Positions 1 to 11,007 of a stretch of 64,000 nucleotides of DNA are shown here, piece after piece. The number at the start of each line of letters is the position of its first letter. The stretch's first letter is position 1. Position numbers and translations under genes: made by a program. The stretch is from an uncultured Clostridia bacterium (GTDB taxonomy: Bacteria > Bacillota > Clostridia > TANB77 > CAG-508), in contig CANQGU010000005.1 in the NCBI GenBank assembly GCA_947623465.1, positions 667 to 64,666 on the forward strand, written 5' to 3'. The notes beneath the pieces are model-generated. The model worked only from the letters and a program-made list of their open reading frames with translations, was not told where the DNA came from and did not search any database.

Positions 1-136
1 TCAAACTTTTTTTGTTGCTTGAGAGCTGTTTTCCTTTCTATGTTTTTACAAGACTACATGTTTTTGGTATTTTGTCTAATTCTTTTGATACTTTGAATTT
101 CATTTTTATCACCTTATTATCTCTGTTTTTTTATCT

Positions 137-3100
137 CTATTCAGCAATTTTATATGTTCCATCCGATTGTTTCTCAAGTCCTACTCCAGACTTTAAACAT
201 ATTACAGGTTTACATCCAGAAGTATTATAGTTTCCCCAATGACTTCTACTTATTTCTCCATTATAACGAACTATAACCAAATCATTCATATTACCCGGAG
301 AACTTACACGATATGAACTCGCCTGATCGAACTCAGTCCCAACATAAGCCTTATCACTCCTATTTAAGAATTCATCTTCAGTATCGTCAACGAAGGTCGA
401 ACCATCCGAACTGTGTCTATACGCATAGCACGTAGTTCCAAACCAATCATAATATTCGCTTACTACCTTTGTACTATAATTTGTCCTATATTTTTTATTG
501 TAAGATTTTATTATTTGTTCTATTGATGGCCCTCCTATTACATACTCTACCTTATTAGTTCCAGAAGAATTCCCCATAAACTTAGCTGTCCAAACATTTA
601 TGTCTAACATATAGGCCACGGCCTTCCAAGGAATATCCGCCTTTCCAACATACTTCGAAAACCAATCGGAGTTTAAATTTTTTATTCTCTGATCCGTTAT
701 TTCTCTATCCCCATTATTATAGTCTACCGCAACCGACTCAAATCCAACGTAGTCCATCGATATACCACCATAAGCTTCCTCCGCTTTCTCAACTGCATGA
801 CCTCCCTTACCATTAGGATAATCATTTAAATGTATGTAGTACTCTGCTATTAAGTATATGTTATTTTCATCTACATCAAATATTCTCCATTTATTTGTAC
901 GAGCTAATGTTTTAGTGTCTACTCCAGTCACTTCTGAACCAATTATCGAGTTTGACCCCTTGTTATCATTTCCATTAACTTGATCTTTTAAGTCAGATGC
1001 TGTTTCTGCTCCCTTAACTGTTACACTCTGAGTGCTTATTGTTTCTCTTTTATTTCCTGCATAATCAACTGTTAATACGTGTAAATAATATGTTCCTTTC
1101 GTAGATAAAACTTGAGAAATAGTGTCACCAGACTCCTTGTTAAATTTGCCCGAATACTTTGATGCTTCTTTTCCTAAGTCAGTCTTCGTCTGAGTAAGCG
1201 CCCATCTACATTCCTCTATCTTTACACCACTCTGATTATCCGTCTGGGTGACTGTCGCGTTCATGCTTTCTCCCTTTTTTATATTCATGGTTGTAATATT
1301 TATATTCGCTGCATTTGGAAGATCTTTATCACTTATTGTTGTTGTTGCTGAATTACTTCTATTTACTCCATCATATAATTGAGCATAAATCGTCGCATTA
1401 TGATCAACCTGTTCCGTTGATTGTCCACTTAGTATCTTCTTATTTATAGATCCTGAAGATGTACCATAATATATTTCAAAATTAGCCGCTGCCGTTGAAT
1501 TAATTACTACAGTTGCTTTATGCGTACTCGGTATCCACGATATTGCTCCAAATGTAATTGCGCTACTTCCAGGCATATTTTCCGTCGTTCCAGTTCCTGT
1601 TGCTTCTCCTGTGTTTCCTGCCACATCTTTGGATGATACTTTTAAATTATATGTTCCTGTTTGTAAACTTTGTAATGTTGTTTTTCCTTTATATTCTCCA
1701 CCTTGTAATGATCCTGTACTTGTAGTTGAAGACCATGTTTGAGATCCTGATTTTTGATATTGTATTGTAAATGATGGATTTTGTGGTACTCCTGATTGGT
1801 CATCTTTTACAGTAAAACTTAGATTTAAAGAATTAGTTGTTACTGAATCAACATGAACGGTTACGTTCGGATTTGTTCCATCTTTTATTTGTCTATCTAT
1901 CTGATTTCCATTATTGTTACCATCCCATAATCTAGCAGATACCGTTGTTCCATGTGATAAATTTGAAATATCACAATATGCTCCGGCTCCTCCATCTCTC
2001 CACGTTGCACTACTACTTTCTCTATATTGTATATGGTATCCATCATTTGTAACTTTCTTAGATACTCTTACAGTTGCCTTTCCTCCACTCCAACTTTCGG
2101 CTCCAATCGTTAATCCACTTCCAGAATTAGCATCTGGCATTTGTAAGGTTGTTATAGTCTGTGTTGAACTACCTGTATTATTTGCTACATCTGATAGATC
2201 TACTCTTATACTGTATGCAGTGTTGTGTGTTAGTCCTGAAAATGTATGACTTTTATCAGCTGTAATCGTAGGATTACCCCAATTACCGTCTGTTGATCCT
2301 TTAATATAGTAACTAAATTTTGGTGAACTTCCTAATCCTGTTTGGTCATCTTGTGCAGTACCTATGTTTACAGTTATAGCGTTTGTTTTTACACTATATG
2401 TAAATGAAACTGTCGGGTTAGTTGTATCATCTATTGTTATAGACGCACTCGAACCATACTGCGTTCCATCGAATAATGCTGCATATATTACTGTTTTATT
2501 AGGTACATAGTCTGTTGTAGCACCACTTGATATATCTTTTCTTGCATTTGTATCTGCTGATGTCCAATAACGTAATTTATAAGTTGTATTCGATGAAGTT
2601 ATTACCACTCTTCCTTTTCCCCCTGACCATTCTGTTGCTCCAAATGCAATTCCAGTACCCGGTATTGTTAAAGTTACTTTAGTTTCTTCTTTTGAAACCG
2701 TGTGACTTGCATTATCTGTTACTTCTACTTTAATTGTATAACTTGTACCTTGTTTTAAACCTGTAAATGTATAGTTTGTTTTACCATTAGCCTCTGCTTT
2801 TACTTGATAGCCACCTGATCCTTCTTTTATACTATATTTATAACTATTTGTATTAATTCCAGATTCAGTGTCTGATGCCGTAGTTGTTGCTGTAATCTGA
2901 TTACTTTTTATATCTGATAGGTTTAATTGTACTGTTGGGTTACTTGTATCTGTTATTGCTTGACTTAATGAATTTCCATGGTTTCTTCCATCTGATAATC
3001 TTGCATATACCGTTGCCCCATGAGACAAATTAGTAAATGTATATGTTGATCCATTTGAATCTACTTGGCTATATGTTGAATTATTTGTACTATACTCTAA

Positions 3101-6100
3101 AATAAATCCGTCACTTGCCTGCATCTTATTAACTGTTACTTTTGCCTTTCCACCTTCCCAAGTCACAGTTCCAAATTTTAATCCATTTGTAGTATCATTT
3201 GCATCTGGTACTTTTAAGGTTTTTAAAGTAGTTGTAGTATAATTTTCGTTTCCTGCTTTATCTTTCACTTCTACCTTAATTGTATAATCTGTATTATGAT
3301 CCAATTCGCTAAACGTATAGTTTCTAGCAGAAGGTGTAAAAGATTTATAATTAGCATCGGCTTCGTCTTTCTTCTTTATGCTATATTTTAAACTACTCTC
3401 TTCAATTCCAGTTTGTTCATCTGAAGGTGCTACTGTTACTGCTATAGTTCTTGTTGTTGGCGTAATGTTACTTATAGTAATTGTTGGGGTCGTTGTGTCA
3501 TTTATTTGAAGTTGTTTTGAGTCTCCGAAATTGTTTCCATCAAATAATCTTGCATAAACTGTCTTTTTGTTTTCTATTTTAGAAAATGTATGTGTTTCTG
3601 AGGGTTCCTCTAAATAGCTTGCCCCATCTGTACTATATTGAATTTTATATCCATTACCGGCAGTTGTTTTAGATACCGTTACATTTCCCTTTCCTTCACT
3701 CCATGTAACTTGACTAAATTGTAATCCTGCTTCTCCTGTTGGTATTTTTAGAGTTGTTGCTTCTGATTTACCTATACCTGTATTTCCAACAAAATCCTCT
3801 GCTTCTACTTTTATGTAGTATGGTGTATTTTGAGTTAAATCTGTAAATGTACATGTGCCATTTGTATTTGTTTGTTCTGCATTTGACCAAGTATCTTTTA
3901 CTGTTGATTTATAAAATCTATAGGTTATTTGATCTTTCATTCCTGACTCTGTATCTGTTGCTTTTGCAGTAACTTTTATTGAGTTTGATTTTACATCTGA
4001 ACATGTAACAGTTATTGATGGTTTATTTGTATCAGACACTAATTTTTGTGTATTTTTTCCGCTATTATGTCCATCTGTTAGTCTTGCGTACACAGTAGTT
4101 TTATCTGATATATTTTTAACTTCATATGTACTTACTGATGAATCTCCCACTTTAGTATAAGTATTTCCATCTGTACTATATTCTATTATAAAGCTATCAC
4201 TTGCTTTTTTCTTTGATATTGTTACACTTGCATTATGTGCTGAAGGATCCCATTTTGGATCTGATATTGTTATACCATTTGCTTCATCTGTTGCGGCAGG
4301 TACTGTATTAGTTGTAGCTTTTATTTCTATTTCTTTTGGATTTTCCATATAATCTGATACTTTTATTTTTATTTTATATTCTGTTGATTGATCTTTTTCT
4401 GTAAATGTGCATGTTCCATTTGTACTTGTTTGTTCTGGTATATCTGGATATTTATCATCATTTACTTTCTTTATATAGAATTCATATAGTGTTTCTTCTT
4501 TCATTCCGAACTGATCATCTGTTGCACTTGTTGTTACATTTATGTCTTTTGTTGTTGTTGTAACGTTTGGTGTTGTTATTGTTGGTCCTATTTTATCAGT
4601 TACTGTCATTGATGCAGCACTTGTGCTTGCACTTGCATTTGTTCCATCCCATAATTCTGCATATACTGTTGTATCGTTTTCTGTTACTGTTACAATTTCT
4701 CCATTACCAATCTCTTTATGCTCTCTATCTTTTGTTGTCCAATAACGTATTTTAAAATTCTTTTGTGTTGATACCTGCACAGTTGCTTTATGTTCTTTTG
4801 GATACCATACAGGATTTCCTAATATTATATTTCCTGTTCCATCTGGCACGGTTTCTGTTTTTCTTCTTGTTTCTCCTTCTCCCGTATTTGGTGTCCTATC
4901 ATCTACTGTTACTTTTATGTCATATTCTGTTGTTTGTTGTAATTCCTCAAATATACATGTATCACTTGAGGTTTTTACATCTGGTCCTCTTTTTACCTTT
5001 TGGGTTTTTGTTGGTGTACTTTCATATTCTTCTACATCATGTTTTTTTAGATAATACTTATATACTATTTCTTCAGGTAATCCTGCTTCTTTATCTGTTA
5101 CATTTGTTTTTACTGTTATTGTACTTGTTGTTGTTCCTATTGTTGTTATTGTTATATCTGGTGCTGTTGGATCTTTTAAAATTGTTGTTGTTTCTACACT
5201 TTCATTTGTTCTATCTATATATTTTAGATATACTTTTTCTCCTAAATTTACTTTTGGTACTTTTTTATCTTCTGGTAAATCAGTCCATTCACCATTTTCC
5301 CCTATTTTGTATTGAATTAATATATCTGTATCATTTGCTGTTGTTCCGCCTTTTTGTACTGGTATATTTGCTGTTCCATCTGGATTCCACTCAGGATTAC
5401 CTATTCTTATTCCATTGCTTGCATCTCCTGCATCTGGTAAGCCTGTTGTTCTTCCTTCTATCTCATCTTTTCCTATATTGTTTTTATCTATATCATCTAC
5501 TTCTACTTTTATTTGATAATCTGTATTTTGTGTTAAATTTTCAAATGTATAAGTATTTTCTGTTGGTGTTCCTCCTTGTTCACTTGTAATTTCTGCGTTT
5601 GTTACTATGTTTGTTTTTATTAATTGATAGTCTTCTTCTGCATTGTTTTTCTTTTTTAGATAGTATCTAAATTCTACTTCATCTTCTAATCCTGCTTCTT
5701 TATCTTTTGCTGTTGCTTTTACTGTTATTTTACTTGTTTTTTGTTCTTCTATTGCAACTTTTACTTCTGGTGCTATATCATCTAATATTTTGATTGTTGC
5801 AGCTTTACCATAGTTTGTTCCATCCCATAATTTTACATATACATCATCATATAATGATAATCCACTTATTGTTCCACCTTTTTCTAAGTTTTCAAAATTA
5901 TCCTTATCTGGTTCTGCTCCTATTCTATATCTTATTGTATATTCTGTATTTTCATTTCTTTTATTTGCATCTATGCTTGCTTTATGTGTCTTATCATCCC
6001 ATTTTAAGTTACTAAATTCTATTCCTTCTGTTTTATCTTCTGCACTTGGCATTTCTTTTGTTTCTATACTATCTTCTTTAGTTGTTATTCCTACATCGTT

Positions 6101-6799
6101 TGTTGCTTCTATTTTTATAAAATATTTCGTTGTTTGCTCTAAGTCTTGTATTGTATATGTTAATTCTGTTCCATTTATATATGTTTCTGGTTCTAATATA
6201 TCATTTTTTGCTTGTTTGTATTCTCCTTCGTCTGTGTCTCCTTTTTCTGCTTTATATAATATTCTATAGTTTGCTTGTTTTTTTCTTATATTTAATTTTA
6301 TTCTTACCGTTACACTATTTGTTGTTGAACTTAAATATAGCGCTGTTATCTTTGGTTTTAGTTCATTTGTTTTTCCCTCTACTTCTACTATTGTGTCTCC
6401 AGGATTATTTGGGTCTGGTCTTACTTCTGCACTATACCCATCATCTGTTTCTATGTCATAACTTCCATCGTCATTTTGTGTATGGTCTTTTACTTTTCCT
6501 TGATTTTCTAACCTATCTACAAAGTCACCTATTTCTATATCTGTTGTCTTTTTTTCTAACACATATTCTGATAATTTTAAGTCTAGGTCTTTTTGTTCTT
6601 CTGCTTTTTCTACAATATGTTTTGCTTCATAACTTTTTTGTATTATTCCATCTTCTCCTACTATCATTACAATTGGTATTCCTGTAAGTAGCAATAATAC
6701 TATTATTGTTACTATTAATGATATTAAAGTGATTCCTCTTTTGTTTTTCTGCTTTACTGTTTTAGTTTTAATTTTTGCTTTGTTTTCTTTTGATTTCAT
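137..6799 (-). CDS. Giant (2220 aa) surface/secreted protein: prepilin-like N-terminus, about 9-11 tandem Ig-like + FN3-like modules, globular C-terminal domain
   Basis: Uninterrupted 6.6-kb ORF with AGGAGG about 11 nt upstream of the ATG. The N-terminal KRGITLISLIVTIIVLLLLTG resembles a type IV pilin/pseudopilin leader plus hydrophobic helix, but has Ser where the canonical Glu5 sits. About 180-aa repeat units recur (G[IL]xF..V.W....A.V.V, then D.T.P.V.....T..SI.V.A.D..SG....Y.FY.K). The C-terminal roughly 330 aa are non-repetitive. Confidence 0.8.
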   Translation of the reverse strand: MKSKENKAKIKTKTVKQKNKRGITLISLIVTIIVLLLLTGIPIVMIVGEDGIIQKSYEAKHIVEKAEEQKDLDLKLSEYVLEKKTTDIEIGDFVDRLENQGKVKDHTQNDDGSYDIETDDGYSAEVRPDPNNPGDTIVEVEGKTNELKPKITALYLSSTTNSVTVRIKLNIRKKQANYRILYKAEKGDTDEGEYKQAKNDILEPETYINGTELTYTIQDLEQTTKYFIKIEATNDVGITTKEDSIETKEMPSAEDKTEGIEFSNLKWDDKTHKASIDANKRNENTEYTIRYRIGAEPDKDNFENLEKGGTISGLSLYDDVYVKLWDGTNYGKAATIKILDDIAPEVKVAIEEQKTSKITVKATAKDKEAGLEDEVEFRYYLKKKNNAEEDYQLIKTNIVTNAEITSEQGGTPTENTYTFENLTQNTDYQIKVEVDDIDKNNIGKDEIEGRTTGLPDAGDASNGIRIGNPEWNPDGTANIPVQKGGTTANDTDILIQYKIGENGEWTDLPEDKKVPKVNLGEKVYLKYIDRTNESVETTTILKDPTAPDITITTIGTTTSTITVKTNVTDKEAGLPEEIVYKYYLKKHDVEEYESTPTKTQKVKRGPDVKTSSDTCIFEELQQTTEYDIKVTVDDRTPNTGEGETRRKTETVPDGTGNIILGNPVWYPKEHKATVQVSTQKNFKIRYWTTKDREHKEIGNGEIVTVTENDTTVYAELWDGTNASASTSAASMTVTDKIGPTITTPNVTTTTKDINVTTSATDDQFGMKEETLYEFYIKKVNDDKYPDIPEQTSTNGTCTFTEKDQSTEYKIKIKVSDYMENPKEIEIKATTNTVPAATDEANGITISDPKWDPSAHNASVTISKKKASDSFIIEYSTDGNTYTKVGDSSVSTYEVKNISDKTTVYARLTDGHNSGKNTQKLVSDTNKPSITVTCSDVKSNSIKVTAKATDTESGMKDQITYRFYKSTVKDTWSNAEQTNTNGTCTFTDLTQNTPYYIKVEAEDFVGNTGIGKSEATTLKIPTGEAGLQFSQVTWSEGKGNVTVSKTTAGNGYKIQYSTDGASYLEEPSETHTFSKIENKKTVYARLFDGNNFGDSKQLQINDTTTPTITISNITPTTRTIAVTVAPSDEQTGIEESSLKYSIKKKDEADANYKSFTPSARNYTFSELDHNTDYTIKVEVKDKAGNENYTTTTLKTLKVPDANDTTNGLKFGTVTWEGGKAKVTVNKMQASDGFILEYSTNNSTYSQVDSNGSTYTFTNLSHGATVYARLSDGRNHGNSLSQAITDTSNPTVQLNLSDIKSNQITATTTASDTESGINTNSYKYSIKEGSGGYQVKAEANGKTNYTFTGLKQGTSYTIKVEVTDNASHTVSKEETKVTLTIPGTGIAFGATEWSGGKGRVVITSSNTTYKLRYWTSADTNARKDISSGATTDYVPNKTVIYAALFDGTQYGSSASITIDDTTNPTVSFTYSVKTNAITVNIGTAQDDQTGLGSSPKFSYYIKGSTDGNWGNPTITADKSHTFSGLTHNTAYSIRVDLSDVANNTGSSTQTITTLQMPDANSGSGLTIGAESWSGGKATVRVSKKVTNDGYHIQYRESSSATWRDGGAGAYCDISNLSHGTTVSARLWDGNNNGNQIDRQIKDGTNPNVTVHVDSVTTNSLNLSFTVKDDQSGVPQNPSFTIQYQKSGSQTWSSTTSTGSLQGGEYKGKTTLQSLQTGTYNLKVSSKDVAGNTGEATGTGTTENMPGSSAITFGAISWIPSTHKATVVINSTAAANFEIYYGTSSGSINKKILSGQSTEQVDHNATIYAQLYDGVNRSNSATTTISDKDLPNAANINITTMNIKKGESMNATVTQTDNQSGVKIEECRWALTQTKTDLGKEASKYSGKFNKESGDTISQVLSTKGTYYLHVLTVDYAGNKRETISTQSVTVKGAETASDLKDQVNGNDNKGSNSIIGSEVTGVDTKTLARTNKWRIFDVDENNIYLIAEYYIHLNDYPNGKGGHAVEKAEEAYGGISMDYVGFESVAVDYNNGDREITDQRIKNLNSDWFSKYVGKADIPWKAVAYMLDINVWTAKFMGNSSGTNKVEYVIGGPSIEQIIKSYNKKYRTNYSTKVVSEYYDWFGTTCYAYRHSSDGSTFVDDTEDEFLNRSDKAYVGTEFDQASSYRVSSPGNMNDLVIVRYNGEISRSHWGNYNTSGCKPVICLKSGVGLEKQSDGTYKIAE

Positions 6800-7083
6800 T
6801 ATTTCTTTTTCCTCCTTTATTTACAGTCTAAATTTCTTATAAATTTTAATATGCTTAAAAAAAAATGCCTCACTTAAAGTTATAGTATTTTTATTTACTA
6901 AATATACTTATGTGTGCACAGTCTCAAGGGTTACAGAGTTTTTCCATATTTTTTACTCACTTTCTTACTAATTTTTTTATATTCAATTTTTAATATAGCA
7001 CAAATTATTTTTTTATGCAATATTTAAATACAAAAAAAAATTTTTAAAATTTTCCAAAATTTTTTTGATTAATTCATTTTTAA

Positions 7084-7131
7084 ATAAAAAATAACTCTCA
7101 AACTTTTTTATTTCTTGAGAGTTATTTTTTT
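7084..7131 (-). terminator. Rho-independent terminator (bidirectional-looking) after the pfkA/209-aa gene pair
   Basis: 12-bp perfect stem AATAACTCTCAA / TTGAGAGTTATT, flanked by an A-run on the left and a T-run on the right. A truncated, similar hairpin sits at window positions 1-26. Confidence 0.7.
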
Positions 7132-7223
7132 ATACTACATATTGTCTATTGCATATTTTATCATACTATTTAAAATTTCATTAAATGAGCATCTATTTTC
7201 TTTTTATACTTTAAATTTCAAAT

Positions 7224-7853
7224 TTATTCATTTTCTAATTCTGCATAATCTTTAGGAATATCAAATAAACCTTCATCAACATCATCTGTAAAATCTATTT
7301 TTATTAATTCTTCTGTATCATCTATAAAAGTTTTTATATATGCTATTTTTCCATTATCATAATAAAATCTCGTTTTTATAGAACTTTCTTCATTATAATT
7401 TGTTAGTAATATAAAAGTTACAATTCCTTCATATTCTTCATAATAATATTTTTTATCATTTATTGTTTCATATCCACTTTTGTATTTTTCATTTTTTACA
7501 ACATCTAGCTCATTTCCTAAGATATCTGCATCAATTTCATTACTATCGTACAGGTAATATTCTTTATTTGCGTGCATTATATAATAAGCTAAACCGTCTT
7601 TAACTAATGTTGAAGTTCTTTCATCATTAGATGTTGTATCTATACACATTTGTCCTTCATTTTTGGCTATTTTTAGATTATATTTTATTTCTTCATTTTC
7701 TTCTAACATAGAAAATGTATATTTTGTTTTTTCATATATATTATCATACATTTGCTTAGTCATATTTTTAGGTTTTTGACTAATAAATAATATAGATATT
7801 AAAACAACAAATATTATAATTAATATAAAAATTGATGTTTTTTCCTTTTTCAT
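7224..7853 (-). CDS. Hypothetical membrane-anchored protein (209 aa)
   Basis: ORF abuts the pfkA stop. N-terminal hydrophobic helix (IFILIIIFVVLISILFI). No motif recognised. Confidence 0.6.
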   Translation of the reverse strand: MKKEKTSIFILIIIFVVLISILFISQKPKNMTKQMYDNIYEKTKYTFSMLEENEEIKYNLKIAKNEGQMCIDTTSNDERTSTLVKDGLAYYIMHANKEYYLYDSNEIDADILGNELDVVKNEKYKSGYETINDKKYYYEEYEGIVTFILLTNYNEESSIKTRFYYDNGKIAYIKTFIDDTEELIKIDFTDDVDEGLFDIPKDYAELENE

Positions 7854-8990
7854 TTAATCACCCAAACAAATTCCAATATCTCTAGCCGTTTTAATTAAGT
7901 CATCATTCATTTTTACTGTCTTCATATTACTGTCTTCTGTTCCACCTTCTACTGCACCTATTTCTTTATTGTTTCCTACAACATCTTCTAAAGAAACATA
8001 ATCTAATTTTCCTTCTTTTACTACAGTTAAAACATTAAATTTTCCTTCTAAAGCAAGTTCCATTGCTTTTGCTCCATATTTTGAAGATAGTATTCTATCT
8101 GTTGCTGTAGGTGTTCCTCCTCTTTGCATATAACCTAAAGTTGTATTTCTAGATATTAAACCTGTTCGTTTTTCTAGTTCTTTTGCAACAAGTTCTCCTG
8201 CTCCACCAAGTTGTACATTTATTACTCCTTTTCCTCCATCACGAGTATCTTTTACAGAAATACTTCCACCTTTTGGAAAAGCTCCTTCTGATACTACTAC
8301 AACACTAAAGTTTTTTCCTGCATTTTTTCTTTGTTCTATTTTTTCTACAACTTTATCTATGTCATATGGTATTTCTGGAAGTAATGCTACATCTGCTCCT
8401 CCTGCTATTGCAGATTCTAGTGTTATCCATCCTGCATATCTTCCCATTACTTCTAAAACCATTATTCTGTGGTGTGTTTGTGCTGTTGTATGAAGTCTGT
8501 CTATTGCTTCTGTTGCAACCGTTACTGCTGTATTAAATCCAAATGTTACATCAGTACATGCTACATCATTATCTATTGTTTTTGGTACTCCTATTACATT
8601 TATTCCACGGCATGAAAAATCTCTTGCAGATTTTTGTGTGCTGTCTCCACCTAAAGTGAATAAGCAATCTATTCCATCATCTTTTAAATTTTGCACACAT
8701 TTTTCAGATAAATCTTTATATACTTCTTTTCCATCTTCTATTACTTTATAATTAAATACATTAGAATTAAGTGAAGATCCTATTATTGCACCACCTTTAT
8801 GCAAAATTCCTGAAGTTGCTTCTGAATAATCTAATCTTATATAATTATTGTTTAATAGACCATTAAATCCATCTATAAATCCATAGCATTCTACATTGTT
8901 TTTTTCTGCTGTTCTTGTTATTGCACGAATTACAGCATTTAATCCTGGAGCATCTCCACCATTTATTAATATTCCTACTTTTTTTAACAT
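7854..8990 (-). CDS. pfkA: 6-phosphofructokinase
   Basis: N-terminal GILINGGDAPGLNAVIRA, plus GGDST and PKTIDND motifs and MQRGG, all typical of the PFK family. The Ser/Lys at the two positions used to separate ATP- from PPi-dependent enzymes leaves the phosphoryl donor undecided. Confidence 0.9.
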   Translation of the reverse strand: MLKKVGILINGGDAPGLNAVIRAITRTAEKNNVECYGFIDGFNGLLNNNYIRLDYSEATSGILHKGGAIIGSSLNSNVFNYKVIEDGKEVYKDLSEKCVQNLKDDGIDCLFTLGGDSTQKSARDFSCRGINVIGVPKTIDNDVACTDVTFGFNTAVTVATEAIDRLHTTAQTHHRIMVLEVMGRYAGWITLESAIAGGADVALLPEIPYDIDKVVEKIEQRKNAGKNFSVVVVSEGAFPKGGSISVKDTRDGGKGVINVQLGGAGELVAKELEKRTGLISRNTTLGYMQRGGTPTATDRILSSKYGAKAMELALEGKFNVLTVVKEGKLDYVSLEDVVGNNKEIGAVEGGTEDSNMKTVKMNDDLIKTARDIGICLGD

Positions 8991-9109
8991 TTTTTATTCT
9001 CCTTTTTTATAAATTATTTATTTATATTTTACCCCTTTTTGTAAATGTAATACTTGTATTATAAATAGTTCTTATTATATAATAATTTTTTTGATATATA
9101 TAAATTAAT

Positions 9110-10291
9110 TTATGCATTTAAATGACTGCAAATATGCTTTCTTGTAAGTTCCATTAAGTTTAGTTTTGTAAATCCTTCTACTTGAGTTTTTGCTCTATCT
9201 TCTTTTAATGCTTCTTTTAATAGATTTTCTATTTTTTGCTTATTTTCTTTGTTTTTCATATCTATATAATCTATTATTATAATGCCTCCAATATCGCGAA
9301 GTCTAAGTTGTTTTGCAATTTCTATTGTTGCTTCTTTGTTTACTTTAAATATAGTAGATTCTAAATCTTTTTTTCCTGTGAATTTTCCTGTATTTACATC
9401 TATTGCGGTTAGCGCCTCTGTTTTATCTATTGTAATAAATCCTCCACAGTTAAGCCATATTTTTCTATTTTCTATTTTTTGCATTTGAGAAATTAAATCA
9501 TATTTTTCTAAAAGATTTTGTTTTTCTTCTAATGTTATTTTTATATTTTCTTTTTCACATATATTTTTTAGTTTATTATATTCTTCTTTGCTGTTTGTTA
9601 CAATATTTTCTAAACTTTTTACACTTAAGTCTGTAATTATTTTTTCTACTATATTTTCACTTTCCCAAATTAATCCTATTTTATTTTTATTTTTATTAAA
9701 TTTTTCTTCAATTTGTTTCCAAATATTTAATAAATAATCTATATCTTTTTTTATTTCTTCTTTGCTTGCTTTTTCGCTAGATGTTCTAATTACTGCACCA
9801 AATCCTTTTGGCAAATTTTCTTTTATAAAGTTAATAAGTTCTGTTTTTTTAGATTCATTTTCTACTTTTTGAGATATTGTAATAAAATTTGTATTTGGCA
9901 TAAGTACCAAAAATTTTCCCGGTAAACTAATATGTGTAGATACTCTTGCACCTTTTTTATCATCACTATCTTTTTTTATTTGAATTAATAGTTTTTGTTT
10001 TGGTTTTAATACTTTTTTTATATCTAAAGATGCATCTATTTCTTCCTTAGTTGAATCTATTTGTGGTATGCTGTCTTTAAAATGTATAAAACCTTTCTTT
10101 TCTCCACCAAAATCAACAAATGCTGCTTGCATACCATCTATTATGTCTCCAACTTCGCTTATATAGATATTTCCTTCTAGCCTTCTTTTTTTATCTTCTT
10201 CTGTACTTTCATAACTTTCTATTATTTTGCCATTTTGAATTAAAAGTATATTTTCAATATCTTTGCTTTTATTTATTATTAATTCTAACAT
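9110..10291 (-). CDS. rng: Ribonuclease G/E family endoribonuclease
   Basis: S1-like segment (GNIYISEVGDIIDGMQAAFVDFGGEKKGFIH) followed by the catalytic-region motif AIDVNTGKF and IIIDYIDM. Confidence 0.8.
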   Translation of the reverse strand: MLELIINKSKDIENILLIQNGKIIESYESTEEDKKRRLEGNIYISEVGDIIDGMQAAFVDFGGEKKGFIHFKDSIPQIDSTKEEIDASLDIKKVLKPKQKLLIQIKKDSDDKKGARVSTHISLPGKFLVLMPNTNFITISQKVENESKKTELINFIKENLPKGFGAVIRTSSEKASKEEIKKDIDYLLNIWKQIEEKFNKNKNKIGLIWESENIVEKIITDLSVKSLENIVTNSKEEYNKLKNICEKENIKITLEEKQNLLEKYDLISQMQKIENRKIWLNCGGFITIDKTEALTAIDVNTGKFTGKKDLESTIFKVNKEATIEIAKQLRLRDIGGIIIIDYIDMKNKENKQKIENLLKEALKEDRAKTQVEGFTKLNLMELTRKHICSHLNA

Positions 10292-10364
10292 TATTCTGCT
10301 CCTTGTCTATATTTTAATTGCTTTTTTAATATAACATACTATTTTATATTTTTCAACTGAAATA

Positions 10365-10928
10365 TTAATTGCAATTTATAACGTTCATTGCATTATCTAT
10401 TCCATCTTTTATAATTTTTTCAACAGCTTCAACTCCAGTTTCTATACCTTTAGATAAAATCATATATTCATCTTTTGGAAGCTTACATAATACATATTCT
10501 ATTAGATTTACACCTTCTATTGGAAATCCGGTTCCAATTCTTATATGTGGAAATTCTGTTGAATTTAAATGATGAACAACTGATTTCATTCCATTATGTG
10601 TTCCTGCTCCACCTTTTTTTCTTATTTTTACTGTACCTGATACAATATCAATGTCATCATAAATAATTATTACTTTATCTAAACTTATTTTATAGTAATT
10701 TACAAATTGAATAATAGCTTCTCCACTTAAGTTCATATAAGTTTGAGGTTTTACAAGTATTACCTTTTCATTTTCTATTATTCCTGTTCCATATAATGAA
10801 TCAAATCCTTGTTTTTCTACTTTTATATTGTATTTTTTTGCTAAAAGATTTATAACATCAAATCCCATATTATGACGGGTATTGCTATATTCTGGCTCAG
10901 GGTTTCCAAGTCCTACAATTAAATACAT
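10365..10928 (-). CDS. pth: Peptidyl-tRNA hydrolase
   Basis: MYLIVGLGNPEPEYSNTRHNMGF signature. I chose the second ATG (10928) because AAAGGAGAAAAA lies immediately upstream; the ORF track starts at 10952. Confidence 0.9.
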   Translation of the reverse strand: MYLIVGLGNPEPEYSNTRHNMGFDVINLLAKKYNIKVEKQGFDSLYGTGIIENEKVILVKPQTYMNLSGEAIIQFVNYYKISLDKVIIIYDDIDIVSGTVKIRKKGGAGTHNGMKSVVHHLNSTEFPHIRIGTGFPIEGVNLIEYVLCKLPKDEYMILSKGIETGVEAVEKIIKDGIDNAMNVINCN

Positions 10929-11007
10929 TTTTTCTCCTTTCGTGTTTAACATAGCCCGGTTATCTTTTTTGTATGCTAAAATAAAGAACCGGTGCTTTTT
11001 TTCATAT

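Noticed and set aside
12-230. 72-aa plus-strand ORF at the window start
   Set aside because: It has a TTG start and no RBS, overlaps the 3' end of the giant minus-strand gene, and has a hydrophobic low-complexity translation.
1914-6687. Numerous plus-strand ORFs (for example 4765-5589 and 6130-6687) antisense to the giant gene
   Set aside because: Their translations are low-complexity L/F/H/Y-rich strings. This is the expected mirror image of a T/G/N/K-rich minus-strand gene in AT-rich DNA. They have no RBS and are fully nested in a far longer, domain-structured ORF.
10953-11007. A GC-containing hairpin (ACCGGTT...AACCGG) between the flippase gene and pth, considered as a terminator
   Set aside because: It has a large loop. 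The T tract is on the wrong side for the minus-strand transcript, and pth follows immediately in the same orientation.
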